Shown: positions 63,367 through 64,000 of the stretch, piece after piece
Layout of the letters: every line of letters begins with the position of its first letter
Position numbering within the stretch: position 1 is the first letter of the stretch
Assembly (NCBI GenBank): GCA_036172245.1
Contig: JAYWIR010000015.1
Location: 2,232,001-2,296,000, forward strand
Reading direction: 5' to 3'
DNA from: Raillietiella orientalis
Taxonomy: Eukaryota
Length of the DNA: 64,000 nucleotides
The notes under the pieces: generated by a model
Told to the model about the DNA's origin: nothing
The model's input: only the letters and a program-made list of their open reading frames with translations
Database searches by the model: none
Program-made: the position numbers and the translations under genes

Positions 63367-64000
63367 CTAGTCAGGAATGAATTTTGTTGAACAGAGTTTT
63401 ACAGGAGGGCGGGGAGGTGGTACTCTTTGCAAGTCAGACTTTGGAGGAAGTGGGGGTTGAGGACTGTTTTGAATAAGGATAGCTTGTTTGCATGGTAACG
63501 AAAATTCTTCAGGATCCAAATTTGAGGATGCATTAGATTCCTCAGGAAATGCAACATGTGAAGGTATTAAAGTTTCATTGAAACCGAAGTCAAAATTCTG
63601 TTGGGACTCTTCTATGCTGGGATTAGCTCCATTTTTGCTGCTATCTGCAGGTATCAAAGTGTTTGACCTTGCTGCAATATGAGAATCAAAACCTGAGAAA
63701 GATGAAAATTCAGATATGCAAACAATGGAATCTGAATCAAAGTCACTGCCATATTTTGACTGGTTCTCATTTTTTGAGTGGCGCAAAAACTCTGGTAGTT
63801 CACAGCTTATCTTGGTTCCTCGCTGGTCTTCTAGACGATTATCTTGAGCTTTCTTAAGCTCCTCAATCAATTCTGAAAATTATATATCGTTATGACAATC
63901 ACGTGTTATACAGTAGCATCAACCTTCGCAGTCCTGAGTTATGTCTGGAGGCAAACAAGCGTTAGAATTTAGTGGAACACATGAAGAATGAGTCTGCAAA
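63367..64000 (-). CDS. 3' end of an RGS12/14 (Loco)-type GoLoco-motif protein; gene runs off the window
   Basis: Exon ending 63924, intron 63923-63873, exon 63872-63367. ELIEELKKAQDNRLEDQRG is a GoLoco motif, followed by ELPEFL as in RGS12/Loco and a Pro-rich PPPLPPK tail. RGS and RBD domains are not in the window. Confidence 0.8.

Noticed and set aside
1..64000. Prokaryotic-type systems (operons, CRISPR arrays, defence islands)
   Set aside because: All recognisable genes are spliced eukaryotic genes, and I saw no regularly spaced repeat-spacer array.
1..64000. tRNA, rRNA, snRNA or snoRNA genes
   Set aside because: No cloverleaf, rRNA or snRNA signature was recognised by eye. Scattered TGATGA/CTGA words lack convincing terminal stems. 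A covariance-model scan would be needed to exclude them.

Overview
This is AT-rich eukaryotic nuclear DNA from an animal. It is probably a pancrustacean arthropod, because the CstF-64 RRM tail [13 protein letters not shown] resembles the insect form rather than the vertebrate form. By-eye splicing yields eight intron-containing genes: ZC4H2 (+), RBM42 (-), a divergent Rab39-like GTPase (+), WBP4/FBP21 (+), APC1/ANAPC1 (-), CstF-64 (+), MND1 (-) and the 3' end of an RGS12/Loco-type GoLoco gene (-). Most introns are tiny (40-52 nt). Intergenic DNA holds decayed transposons: L1/Tx1-like, RTE-like and R2/NeSL-like LINE pieces, a DIRS-like remnant and a TIR-bounded Tigger/pogo element, with a dense nest at 55.5-63.1 kb. 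I found no clear-cut novel multi-gene system. The best leads are: (1) two consecutive GC-AG micro-introns, a competing out-of-frame GT donor and an in-frame intron inside the RRM of the splicing-factor gene RBM42; (2) a recent ~225-bp duplication that copies the likely RBM42 poly(A) signal to the far side of ZC4H2; (3) several sequence-unrelated, near-perfect hairpins; (4) a Rab39 paralogue with altered G-motifs; and (5) an unexplained GC-rich 233-codon ORF behind a Tx1-like element. All assignments come from manual reading and recalled protein motifs; no searches were run.
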